A DNA stretch of 64,000 nucleotides from Eledone cirrhosa. Taxonomy: Eukaryota. Positions 37,701 to 51,800 of this stretch are shown piece by piece. Numbering within the stretch: the stretch's first letter is position 1; each line of letters begins with the position of its first letter. A program made the translations under genes and the position numbers. The stretch is from NCBI GenBank assembly GCA_964016885.1, contig OZ024741.1, forward strand, positions 270,320,001 through 270,384,000, read 5' to 3'. Below the pieces are notes generated by a model. It was not told where the DNA came from and searched no databases. It was given only the letters and a program-made list of their open reading frames with translations.

Positions 37701-40700
37701 TATCTAATGTTGTAATAACACAAGGAAATGTTGTTTGTGTATTTTTTTTTATATTTGCTCATAGGCTTTTACAATTTCGCTCAGCCAACAACTATTAAAA
37801 AGTGAGTTGCTTAAGATAACAATTTAATCACAAATTGTTGCTATCTTTTAATACACTCCAACAAGTCATCAAATTATGTACAATAAAAACAAATCTTATT
37901 AATTTGCTCAGGGAATATAAAGAAAATGTATATACACTGATAATTGCAATTGTATGTAAATATTTTGTTTTTGTATTGTATATTTTATGTTTTCTATTAT
38001 GTATAATATATTGATTTAATATTGATTGTTTTTTGTAGTTGTTTATATTAAAAGTCTGAAAATATTTTTATACATCTTACACTAATATTTATAAGATAAT
38101 TTATAATAACAATTACATAATCTAATTACATTACAACGATAATTTATTATTAATATATATCCTGTTTAACTAGAGTTATTACAAGCGTTGCCTTAAAAAA
38201 ATATTAAACTAGACATGAAAAATGCGCAAGCTCAAAAGTGCCACAGAATGTTATAATAAACCTTCAAAAGTGTGGGACTAGAGTTGTTGCTAAAAAATAT
38301 TGTAATCATTATATATCGTACATTCTGTGGCATCCTTTATAAAAATAGCTTAAACCAACGAAGCCTTTATTTTTACGCTATTTCACTTAGTTAATTCTTA
38401 GAGTGTAACATATAAAAATAAATACATCTATGTTTAATGTAATAACAGCTATAAATAATTACGTAATATTATTATCATATACTCATAGTAACAAAATAAT
38501 TGTGTTGAAACTTAATATGATGCTTATATGAACGATCAAATCTATAATGATAATTTCTTAAATATACTAATAGTAAAATAATTTAGTTATCTATTGTTAC
38601 ATTTTCATAGAACTATAATATTAACAATCGTATTGCATTATCAAATTTTTATCACTACAAACTTTCATATTGGAATTACCTTAAGCCACTTATTATTACT
38701 TCGCTTTCGTACTTTTACAGCTGTAGATATTGCGCTGTATCTTATATCTAATATCAATATCTCGTGGTAATTTGCATGAAGTGTAAAATAGGTTTATTAA
38801 TAACTTTAATATGAAATGTATTATACAGGGCTGTGGAGTCGGCCAAAAATTGACTGGCTCCAACTCAGGATCCGATACTCCATTATTTCCTAAATTTCAG
38901 CTCCGCAGCTCTGTTATTATATTAATTAATTTATTTTATAGTTGTAAATCATATTTTTATATGTTACACTCTAAGAATTAACTAAGTGAAATAGCGTAAA
39001 AATAAAGGCTTCGTTGGTTTAAGCTATTTTTATAAAGGATGCCACAGAATGTACGATATATAATGATTACAATATTTTTTAGCAACAACTCTAGTCCCAC
39101 ACTTTTGAAGGTTTATTATAACATTCTGTGGCACTTTTGAGCTTGCGCATTTTTCATGTCTAGTATATATATATGTGTGTGTGTGTATGCATATCTCTAT
39201 ATTATATATGTGTGTAAACTCAGCATAGGCAGACATCTAATACCCAGTAAATAGATAGCCTGTTCTTCCTATCAGATATTTCCCAATGACAACACATCTG
39301 GGTCTATTCCATCCTAGTCATGTTTTAATTGTTAAACACTGTAGTATAACTGACCTCTATGTTTTATAATTGTAGTGGAAAACTGTATATAAGATGGTGG
39401 CATTTACATATGGCTTACTGGTTACAGCATTGGACTTACAATCATGAGGATGTGAGTTTGATTCTCGGACCAGGTTTTGCATTGTGTTACTTCATTTCAT
39501 GTTCCTTCTGTTCACTCAGCTTTAGAAATGAGTTGTAATGTCACTTGTGTCAAGCTGTATCAGCCATTGCCTTTCTCTTGGACAACATCCGTGGCACAGA
39601 GAGGGGAGACTGGTATGCAATGGGCGACTGCTGGTCTTCCACAAACAACTTTACCCAGGCTTATGCCTTGTAGGGGAACTTTCCAGGTGCAAATCCCATG
39701 GTCATTATAGACCGAAGGGGGTCTTTACTCTTTACTAGATTATAGAGTTTGTTTTAGTTGAAGGAGGAAAGGTAGTACCCAAGGTTTTGGGGAGTTGAGG
39801 GCTCTAAGGCTACAAGAAAAGGAGGAAAAAACTACAACACATGGGCTATCTCCTGGCTAGAGATCTGGTCTAAATCCTTACAAGACAGCAAACTCCACAA
39901 ATGGCACCCAGAGGTGTTGTTTTTTTCCCCAGTTTCTTGTTAAGTTTGGAGTAAGAGGCAATGCCTATGACGATTGCTTCTGACAGGACCTGTTGGAAGG
40001 AGTGTTTGAGGACACTGCCCCCAGAACCTTCTCGGGAATAAGTGTGGGTGAAGAAGATAAGATTCCAACATTTTGTCCAACACACTTCAATATGGACTGG
40101 GTTCTTTTTTTTCCTCATGTTACCAGCATAACCACCTTTAGCCCAGTGCTTTCTTTAGCAAAAAACATTGGCTCGGTTGAGTTATAAAGGTTTTCAAAAA
40201 ACTTAACAGTTGGTAAATGATTTTACATAATTCCAGATTATGGTAAATGTCTCTCATCCTATTTTTCTCTTTGTTTCTTTTACAGTCTTTCCAAGGAAGT
40301 TTAGGACGTGCCTACCTCTTCAACTCTGTGTAAGTATATCTGCCATATGATGATAATGATGATAATAATGTCCACATGGCATACATCGTGATACTTTCTT
40401 AACCCTTTAGCATTTAAACCGACCGTATCCGGTCAGAATTCTCTCACCTGTTTCTGTTCAAACCAGCCATAACTGGCCGCTCATAACATTTGTGTATTGT
40501 TCTCAAAATGAATATCAAAATCTCATAGATTTGATATCGTGTGAGATAATTACGTGAAGTAAAGCCTTCACCACAAAAATACAATAGAATATATAAAGAA
40601 TAATGTAAATACTAAAGGGTTAAGTTCATATCTCAGGTTGTTAGACAATTGCAAGCGTGTTGGCTTGCCTCAAAGTATTCCATTGGCCCTTATGGTAGTG

Positions 40701-42788
40701 AATTGATTGTCGTTTTAGTTTTAGTTTTTGCTTCCCTTTTTCTTTTTTCTTTTTTACCTCTCTTTTATGCGTTTATATTTGTGTTAATCAACGATATTAT
40801 ATTTATAATGTTAGGGGGTGAATTGGCAGTATCGGTAGGGGGTTGGACGCCATGCTTTCTAGCATAGTTACATCCCTTTACGGTTTGAGTTCAAATCCCG
40901 TCGAGGTTAACTTTGTCTTTCATCCTTACGGGGTCAATAAAATAAAGTACCTGCAATGTACAATGTGCTGGCCTTGGGCCAAAAGTAGAAACAATTATAT
41001 TTATAATGTTATTTATACAACTGTTGAGGAAGGTGGGGTGGGTGTTGCTGGCCATTCTGCTGGAATACTTTTGCAGTCTTGACCGTGAGGTGCAGCCCCA
41101 ATACTGCCGCACCCTAGGCCTAGAGCCCCCTCCTTTCCTCCTCCCATTCTTCTGTGGCCCTAGAGCCTTTGCCTTTCTTTTCCGTTTTCATTACCACAAA
41201 AGACACTTGTATTTTTTACAATAAAACATTTGTCATTTATGTATCCGGTATGTTAGAGCAAAAAAAAAAAAAACTATTATAAATATAATATTGAGATAAG
41301 TATTTACAGATCTAGTCAACCCATTCTAGCATGTTAAAAAACTAACATTATAACAATAGCAATAATTGTTTCTACATTAGGCACAAGGCCAGCAAATACC
41401 CAGTGCATTACTGGTACTTTATTTTATCGACCCCGTAAGGATGAAAGGCAAAGTTAACCTTGGCGGGATTTGAACTCAGAATGGCAAGTGCCGTAACTCT
41501 ATACGTCAAAGCATGGCGTCCGACCCTCTACCGATACTGCCAATTCACCGCCCTATAACAATAGCAATAATTGTTTCTACTTTAGGCACAAGGCCAGCAA
41601 TTACCAGTGCATTACTGGTACTTTATTTTATCGACCCCGTAAGGATGAAAGGCAAAGTCAACCTCGGCGGGATTTGAACTCAGATGGTAAAGGGACGTAA
41701 CTATGCTGGAAAGCATGGCGTCCGACCCTCTACCGATACTGCCAATCCACCGCCCTTTATATAACAATAGCAATAATGATGACAATACTTCTTTCACTTG
41801 CACAAATCTTCTGTATTGTTTGTGTTTGTTTCCTCTATCTCTATATTATCCTCTGTTTATTGAATAATACCACGTAATCATCCTATCTGCATCTATGCCC
41901 ACTATTTTGTCTGTTTACAAAGACTTCTCAGTTAGTCATTCAACCAATAAGTCTATTCTCACCCAAATCTTACTCTAGAGTTACGGCCCTTTGTGTTCTG
42001 AGTTCAAATCCTACCGAGGTTAATTTTGCCAATCATCCTTACGGGGTCGATAAAATAAAGTACCAGTAATGCATTGGGGTAATTGCTGGCCTTGTGCCAA
42101 AAGTAGAAACAATTATTATAGACTGTCCCTGCTATTTTTAGAGGATATGATTTCCAGTGAGTTTCAGCTGCTTGAAGCTAACATATCAAAGGGAGTTTAT
42201 CCGGTTGTAAGATTGTATATATATATATATATATATGTAAGGTTATATTTAAAATTGTTGGGTTACAACTAGTAAATATTTATAACTGATATAAAAGCAC
42301 TCGACAAATATTTGGAGTATATTTACAATATTAAATAAATGGAAAACTATATTTATAAAACCATATCTATTTCATTATATATATTTCGGGGATATCATAT
42401 TAACAATATGCTATGCCTTCATCAGACAAAATACAATATAAACAGTTTTATAGATAAATATATTCGAGATACCGTAATAAACATCAACTTCATTTGAAGA
42501 GGTTTACTCTAGCAGTGAAAATACAGAGAGAAAGAAAAAAAGAGAGAAAGAAAAGAGGGAAAAACGAAAGAAAGAAAGACAAAACGAAGAAAAGGAAGAA
42601 AAAGAAAAAGAAGAAATGCATGGAACAAAATAGAGAGATGGAAAAATAGATAAAGTGAAGAGCTTCATGTAAAGAGACAGAAAGATATATATATATATAG
42701 AGAGAGAGGAAATAGAGATAGATACATATATATATATAGAAAATTAGGTAGTGGGAGGTCATTTTGAGTAAGTGTATCAATGATACAT

Positions 42789-42819
<31 letters not shown>

Positions 42820-45800
42820 GCTCAAGTATTAATGTAAGGGAGATATATAGAGAGATATAGAGAGAGAAAAAAAAAATAATAATACGCTCAAATTTTTATA
42901 CCACATTGAGAATGTTTTCCGATAACTTAGAGTTTGCGGAGTGAATCAGTTGGATTCACATTGAGATTTGTAGCTGTCACATAGACATATGAATTTTTAA
43001 AACTAAACATAAGATAATGAATTTTCACACATTGTGAATACTTGTTTCATTCAGGAATACTGATATTTACAGTGTAGTGTAAGTTTTATAAATACTAATA
43101 CATTAAAACATAGGGTTTTCTACGCCTCGAATATGTCTGGATATTTTTAAATTTTTTTTCTCTATATATATCTCTCTATATCTCTCTATATATCTCCCTT
43201 ACATTAATACTTGAGCTAAATAAATAAATAAATAAATAAATAAATGTATCATTGATACACTTACTCAAAATGACCTCCCACTACCTAATTTTCTATATAT
43301 ATATATATGTATCTATCTCTATTTCCTCTCTCTATATATATATATATATATCTTTCTGTCTCTTTACATGAAGCTCTTCACTTTATCTATTTTTCCATCT
43401 CTCTATTTTGTTCCATGCATTTCTTCTTTTTCTTTTTCTTCCTTTTCTTCGTTTTGTCTTTCTTTCTTTCGTTTTTCCCTCTTTTCTTTCTCTCTTTTTT
43501 TTCTTTCTCTCTTTCTTTCTCTCTGTATTTTCACTGCTAGAGTAAACCTCTTCAAATGAAGTTGATGTTTATTACGGTATGTCGAATATATTTATCTATA
43601 AAACTGTTTATATTGTATTTCGTCTGATGAAGGCATAGCATATTGTTAATATGATATCCCCGAAATATATATAATGAAATAGATATGGTTTTATAAATAT
43701 AGTTTTCCATTTATTTAATATTGTATATATATATATATATATAGTTAGTTACCTCCCTTCTTAGGAATTGTTCAACTATGTAAAATGTTGAAATTGAAGC
43801 TAACGAAGGCAGTTCTCTCCACAACATTTCCTTCCTATTCTAGTATATAATTACTCTCGGGTCTTGAATAATATCTCGCCTTCCCGCTTATCAATTTTTT
43901 CCAACACCCAACCCCGTTCTTAGCGCCCTCACCCCACTTGTTAAATTTTGCTAATTTATCTCTGGTGAAATTTTATTTTAAGTGGTAGTATTCTTGCGAC
44001 AATTAATTTTCTTTAGACATTAAAAAAAATATACATGACGAAAAAAGTACTTTACTAGAAATGCCATACGTTAAAAAATAAATAGGATGGGTTGGGGTCT
44101 CAACATGTAAACTAAACGACTAATTCTGTTTTGTAAAAAAAATCAACGGAGAGTACCTAGAAAATTACCAAAGGAACCATGAAATCCATGCAAGTGTTGA
44201 AAAACTGACGTAATAGCGATGATGATGATAAAAGACAAAGTTTAACCATCGGGATTTAACTCCTAAAGTCCTGTACCGCACGAAACCACATTACCAAAAT
44301 ATTCTTGACTAAACAGCACCATGGACTGCATCACAAAAATTCAAGTCTAGTTTTAGTTTACTGAACATTTTCACAATGATCTGTCCACTAGTGTGTGTAT
44401 TCCCTCTATTTCTATATTATCCACTGTTTAGGCTCCTTTAAATAATATTACCTCATAATCACCCATCTATCTCCTGTGCCCACTACTTGTTTGTTTATAA
44501 AGACCTATGGGCATGAATTTTGGATAATGACCAAAAGAATATGGTCGCGAATACAAGCGACTGAAATGGGATTCTTTCGGAGTGTCTTTGGAGTAATGTT
44601 ACGAGATAGAGCGTGTAGCTCGGAGATCAAAGAATCACTCCAGGTAGAGCTGCTACTTCTACGAATTGAGAGATCACATCTCCGATACAACAGGAATGTG
44701 GTTAGAATGTCTCAGAAAAGAATCGCTGGACAGATTTTACGAGCAAAACCAACCGGCAGGAGAACCAGGGGTAGACCCCAAACAAGATGGTTGGATAACA
44801 TCCATGAGCTTGGCAGGTCTTGCTTGTGGATCCAGCCGGATCAGTTAGAGACGGTTGCTTCTGGCAGGACTGCTGGAAGGAGTGTTTGAGGACTCTGCTC
44901 CCATGATCCTCTCAGGAATAAGTGGGCGAAGAAGATAATGAACTCTTGGCTAGTAAAGATACTATGTTTGAATTAATTAACAAAGCCATTTTTAGATGCT
45001 TTCTTTTAAACCATTACAGGTCGTTAAGAGTTAATTAATAATATATAATCCTTTGTTTTCAGTGTCAATGTCGGGTGTGGCCCTGCTGAAGAGCGTGTCC
45101 TTCTTACAGGTCTTCATGCAGTTGCAGATATTTACTGTGAATGCTGTAAAACCACCCTTGGGTGGAAATATGTAAGTCATATCTCTCACTCTCTCTCTCC
45201 ACACTGCTATATGTAAGTCATTTATTTATTTCTCTCTATCTCCCTTCTCCCATCTCACCCCCCCTTTAACCTCTCTCTATCCCTCTCTTTCTCTCCACTG
45301 CTATATAGATGAAATGTAGTTTAAATATTCCTAGATACTTTTAACCTTTAATTTTTTCATGTTTCTTTGTTCCACACTCTGATTCAATAGTCTAGTTTTC
45401 TTGATGTTCCAAACTCCTACTTATATTATCCATATCACTTGGTTGGGTAACATTGTCAACATGAATGGACCTGTTATTTTTATCTAAAGACATTTTTTCC
45501 AATTCCATCCCGCCCGTCCCCTCAATCTATTTTATTTCTCATTCTTTCTTCTGATGAAGGACTAGCGTCCGAAACGTTAAGACCCTCTTCCTGCTATATC
45601 AAGCATTAACCTAATATATACCTTCTATATACTGTACCGATTGTGTTGTTATTTCTGTTTACCTTTTACATATATATATATCAAACTGAAAATTATTTGT
45701 TACTGATGTACTGAAAATCTCAATATATGATAGCTAAAAATACCACATAGACTATTATATATATACTAGCCGAATTACCCGTGCCTTGCTGCGTTCCACA

Positions 45801-48800
45801 CATTTTTTTTGTAAGAAAATGATGATTGATTTTAAATCAGTGATATAATTTATGGAGAAAAACTCCATTAGGGTGTCTTAATATTATTGAAATTTGCTGA
45901 AATAATTTTGTGAATAGGCATCATATCTTGTCATTTACCTATGGTTTAAATTTCATATAAATCGAATTGAAAAAATTTTCAGCAAGGGTTTGTGCCCCTT
46001 TGATAAAAATGAAATATACTTATCCAAGTACCCTGGGCAATGTAGTTTCAGAATATATATGGTTATGGGAGGAGTTCATGAACAAACAAACAAACAGACA
46101 GGAACTGCAACTTTATATATATAGATATATAGAAGAATTTTTACAAAGATAACTATGGGAGATTCCTAGCAGAGAAATCTAAATAAACTTGCTCTACCAT
46201 TAATCTCATTATTACTTGCTAATAATCAAACCATTTAGTTGTTTAACCCTTTAGCATTTACATTACTCTATATTTACTATTGTATTTTTATGGTAAAGAC
46301 TTTACCTCACATATTATCTTACATAATATATCACATACCATTTACATTATTCTATATTTACTATTGTATTTTCATGGTAAAGGCTTTACCTCACATAATA
46401 TCGAATCTATGAGATTTTGATATTATTTAATTTGAGAACAATACCTTAACATAAGTATGAGTGGCAGGCAACAACTGGTTTGAACAGAAAGAGGTGAGAG
46501 ATAAAGGGTTAATGTTTAGCTCAGAAGCACAATAACATATGTTGTTTACTCAAGAGAAGGCTACGTTGGTATGGTCACGTGATGCGCATGAAAGACGACA
46601 GCTGTATAACAAAGTGCAGGGCAATAAAGATAGATGGTAGCCACGGAGTAGGCAGACCCAGAAAAACCTGGGACGAGCTGATAAATTCCGACCTCACACA
46701 CTTACACCTCTCCAAGACAATGTCACTGGACCGAGACCTTTGGCGGTACTCAGTAACAGAGAAGACCCGCGTTACCTAAATACAAAGTAAAACCTACTAC
46801 AGTCAGTAGGCATCTCTAACAAAATACACCCCCCGTCCCACCACCCCACCCCATCCACACCGCCCCTTTCAATGTAAAGTTATGTTGGTGCCACAAAATC
46901 CAGGCCGAAACAAATGAGATCGTGTAGGTGTCACGAAAAAAAAACACACAGTCCACGCTGTAATGTGGCCGTGTAGGCAACACGGTAAAAACCTCCCAGT
47001 CCCACACTGTAAATGTGGTTGGTGTTAGGAAGGGCATCCAACTGTAGAAAACCCGCCAGACAGTCCTATGCGAGCAAGACAACCACTCTTGCCTCAAGTG
47101 GGAAAACTCCGGTCCAAACCCATGCAAGCATGGAACACGGACGTTAAACGATGATGATGATGCATCAGGTTTAACCCAATGAGCTTGAAGACACCAGCAG
47201 TAGTCCGGCACTTCACTGACTTCCTCTCATTCCTACAAAAACCAACTGCTCATCTGAAGACAACTGTCTTGGTGGTTTTTGTTGAAGAAGCATTTACTGG
47301 GAAGAGTTTCTAGAAAAATGTACCTCTATAGCATTAAGTTATCACCTTACTCTGCCATAGACAGTTTTCCTCAAAATATCTACTATCTATTACTGATAGC
47401 TATGTGAAGTAAAACATATGTGGTTGCCCTTTTTCTTAAGCCATAACAAAAATGTTTGAATCCTGCATAGTTTAGAGGTGTAGTATAGAAACGAGAGACT
47501 ATATATACACTACAGTTGTGTGAAGTGAGGTATGTAGAGTTTAGAGGTGTAGTGTAAAAATGAGAGACTATATATATATACACTACAGTTGTGTTGAAGT
47601 GAGGTATGTAGAGTTTAGTGTAGAAATGAGAGACTATCTCTATATATATAAAACGGAAAATGTCTCTGTGTGTGTGTATGATTTTTATGCATTTCCACAT
47701 TTCTCTACCGATTTTGATGATTTATTTTCCAATGTGCTCCAAATTTACCAACAATGGTCAACGCGTAATAAACTTAGCCAAAAATTTCCTGCTTCTATGA
47801 AAAAAATCGATGAAACTAAATACATGTGGTAACCCTCTCTCTTACATGTTTAATCCCTCTCTCTACTACCCTCAACAATCTATGAAACTAATTACATGTT
47901 GCAACTCTCTTTAAAAGGTTCATCCCTCCCTCTACTCCCTTCTCAATCTCCTCTGCAACTCTCTTTAAAAGGTTCATCCCTCCCTCTACTCCCTTCTCAA
48001 TCTCCTCTGCAACTCTCATTAAAAGGTTCATCCCTCCCTCTACTCTCTTCTCAACCTCCTCTGCAACTCTCTTTAAAAAGTTAATGCCTCTCTCTACTAC
48101 CCTATCACCATTACAATTTACAACAACGACAAAACTTCGTTCAGGAACGCGACATAAACTTTGAAAACTAAGCAACACATCAATTTATACAACAACAAAC
48201 ATAGCTTTACTCTCTCTGTCGCTCTTCCCTCTCTCTATAATAGATTATTCGCCCTCTCTATAATTCAACTGCTTTACTCTCTTCATGCTTTGAGGTTTAA
48301 CACACCTCCCTATAGTTTCTTAGCTTTACTCTCTCCATCGCTCTTCCCTCACTCTATAATAGATCATTCCCCCTCTCTATAATTTAACTGCTTTACTCTC
48401 TCTCTGTCGCTCTTCACTCTCTATATGATAACACTGTTTTACACACCTCCCTATAGCTTCTTAGCTTTACTCTCTCTGTCGCTCTTCCCTCTCTCTATAA
48501 TAGATTATTCCCCCACTCTATAATTTAACTGCTGGGGGAGTCATTGGAGTTCCATATTGACATACGGCTTTTCTGGGGCATTTTAAATCGGCTTATTGCA
48601 AATAACAACCCGCAAAATAACACTTCGTACAATAGATTAATGCTATAGACATATGAATTGGAATGTTTGAATTATTTATTTTTTACGACTTTAATTGGTT
48701 AAATATTAATATGACAACACCCATAGTGTTGTACTTCTGGCAATTCTGCCGAATACACTGCCAAGGATGAACCTTTTCCCCTCGGCGTCAGATATCCAGT

Positions 48801-51800
48801 TCAATTTCCGGTGATCCCAATTCCCGGTGAGACCATGTTTTGCCATGTCCATTAACAAGTCACAAGGGCAAACATTGTTGGTGACGGGCATCCATTTGGG
48901 GGAGCCATGCTTCTCCCATGGCCAACTTTATGTTGCCTGTTCCCGCTTAGGGAGCAGGAATGGACTTTTTGCTTACACTCCTCAAGGGATGACATGCAAT
49001 ATCATCTACAAAGAGGTGCTATAGATGTTCGTGCAAGTGTAGGTGTTGGAGCTATGTTGTATGGAAAACTATTTCCTGGTAGGGTCACCCATGGCGGACA
49101 GATCTGACACCCAGCGGCATCAGGGCCACCATCTTGCAACTTTGGTCTGCTAAATTCGCTATTGGAAGATTATTAACCCATCATTGAATGCTAATTGGTT
49201 CGTAACTTTTAATAACCAGTTCAAGTGCTTTATGCACTTAATTGATAAGCTTATTCGCTTTCAAGCCGTGTTTACCTGTATGTAACTTTTCATAGCAAAT
49301 GAACAAACCCGAGCAACGCCGGGCAAAACTGCTAGTATATATATATATATATATATAAATACGCAAACACATGAAAACACCACAACCAAACACTAGCACA
49401 ATCCAAAACGAAACCACACAGACAACACACCACAACAACCTACGTGCCAGCTCCACACAGAATACGAACAACCGTCAACGTAACAACAAACCCATAACCC
49501 CCAACTGCAACTGCAAAAAGCGTGTAGAATGCCCATTGAACGGGGAGTGGCTTGTTAAAAACATTATTTACCGGTGCGATGTCACAGCTGGCCAAAAAAG
49601 TACTCCTACATAGGGGTGACCTCGACTACATTTAAGGAGCGCTGGTATAGCCACAAAAGCTCTTTCAACCACAAGCCCAAACGCTCCCAAACCAGACTAA
49701 CAGACTTGATCTGGGACCTCAAAGACAAGAACATGGGATACCAGATCAAATGGTCAGTTAAAAGACACGTGGCCCAACTCCCCAATGACAGAAACCACTG
49801 CAGGTTATGCCTGGCCGAGACGGCTGAGATCATTAAATTGAAATCGGCCATAAACTCGAGGTCTGACATAATAATAAACTGCAGACACACCAGGATGAGC
49901 ACTTTCTCCGCACAAACATTCGGTCGAGGGCCAGCCACTAACCCTGTCTCAACATAGACATAACCACCTTTGCTTTACCACACTGTCCCTCATCTCACTA
50001 TTTTTGTCTTCTCTAACATGTAACCCATTGTAATGTCAGATCTTGTAAATATCATGTTGCACCCATCACCCCCACCACCACCACCACACACATAACCATT
50101 CATCCACAACCATCAACAATACTTTGCCTGCCCAGACATTCGGCGCCAGGTGCCATTGACTAACCCTAAATCGAATTCGACATACCTTACCACACCATCT
50201 CTCATTTCAGTACCATTGTTTTCCCTGTGTCTTCTCTGTCAGTTTTTAAGTTGTAACCCATCGTAACATTTGATCCTGTAAAAATCATGTTGCACATGTG
50301 CATATATATATATCAAAAAACGTGACAATCACCTGATCACCTATAGATCCGGGGAACACACAAGCCAGGTAGATTATATCCTTACCAGAAGACGTGACAG
50401 AGTGTCTGTTGTAAACACTAAATCCCTCCCCCATGAAGAATGCACCTCCCAACATAGACTGATAATTAGCGACCTCATAGTCAGGACGAGACGTACTCGA
50501 CAACAGAAGAGGACTATCCTCAGGAGGAAAATATGGAAGCTAAAGGACCCCACAGCCAGGAATAAATTTCAAAGCATATTACTTGATGCTTTCGACAGTA
50601 AGGAAGAACATTTAGAGTCGGACAATATAGAGGGAGAGTGGGAATTTCTGAAAGCAAACCTGCTGTTGGCGACAGACGAAGTCTGTGGCTGGAGCAGGCC
50701 TGTAGGCAGGAGGAGAGTAACATGGTGGTGGAACAGTAAGGTGGAGGGGTCAATTAAGGCCAAAAAGCAGGCTTGGAAAGTATGGCGGGATGGGGGAAGT
50801 AGAGAGGACTATCAAGTGGCCAGGAGGGAAGCTAGGAGACAAGTGTACTTAGCAAGAAGGGAAGCTGAGGAAAGAAAGTTCAAGCATGTTCTACAACGCG
50901 ATGACCAAAAACGTGAGGTGTTCAGGATTGCTAGGCAATGCGTCAAGGAAAACCGTGATATTGTCGGGGAGAAGTGTGTACTAAACGACGATGGCACACT
51001 TGCCATCACCGACGCTGATAAGAAGGTAGCTTGGAAGTGTCACTATGAAAGGCTACTAAATGAGGAGAATAATTGGGAGAAAGGCAGTCTCCCCCATATC
51101 GACCCAATAGAGGGACCAGCAGTGTTAGTCGAGGGGAGTATAATAAGTAAGGCAATCAAGGATATGAAGACTGGTAAGGCGGCTGGGCCTTCGGAAATAG
51201 TTGCTGAGATGCTGAAGGCATCTGGCACGGTGGGACACACCATGGTCACCCGCATAGTTAACCAAGTCGTACAGAATGGGGTTGTTCCGAAGGACTGGCA
51301 TAGCAGCATCATCGTTAACTGTTATAAGGGTAAAGGAGACGCCCTAGATAGGAGTAACTATAGAGGCATTAAATTAATCGACCAGGTCATGAAGGTCACG
51401 GAAAAAGTAATAGCGCAACTAATCAGAGAGAGAATTGACCTAGATGAAATGCAGTTCGGGTTTGTGTCAGGCAAAAGTACCACAGACGCTCTTTTCATAG
51501 TACGACAACTACAGGAGAAGTACCTAGCTAAAGGTAAACCCCTCTACTTAGCTTTTGTCGACTTGGAGAAAGCCTTCGACAGAGTCCCCCGCTCCATTAT
51601 CTGGTGGGCTCTTAGAAAACTAGGCGTTGACGAATGGCTTGTTAGGGCTATACAAGCCATGTATAAAGAAACAGTCAGCAAGGTTAGAATTAACAACGAA
51701 TATAGTGAAGAGTTTAGCGTAAAAGTTGGCGTCCATCAGGGCTCTGTTCTCAGTCCACTACTATTTATTATTGCCCTTCAGGCTATAACAGAGGAGTTCA

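Noticed and set aside
50320-50400. Hammerhead downstream of the GIY-YIG fragment
   Set aside because: Core reads CUGAUCA/GAAC and stems are not supported.
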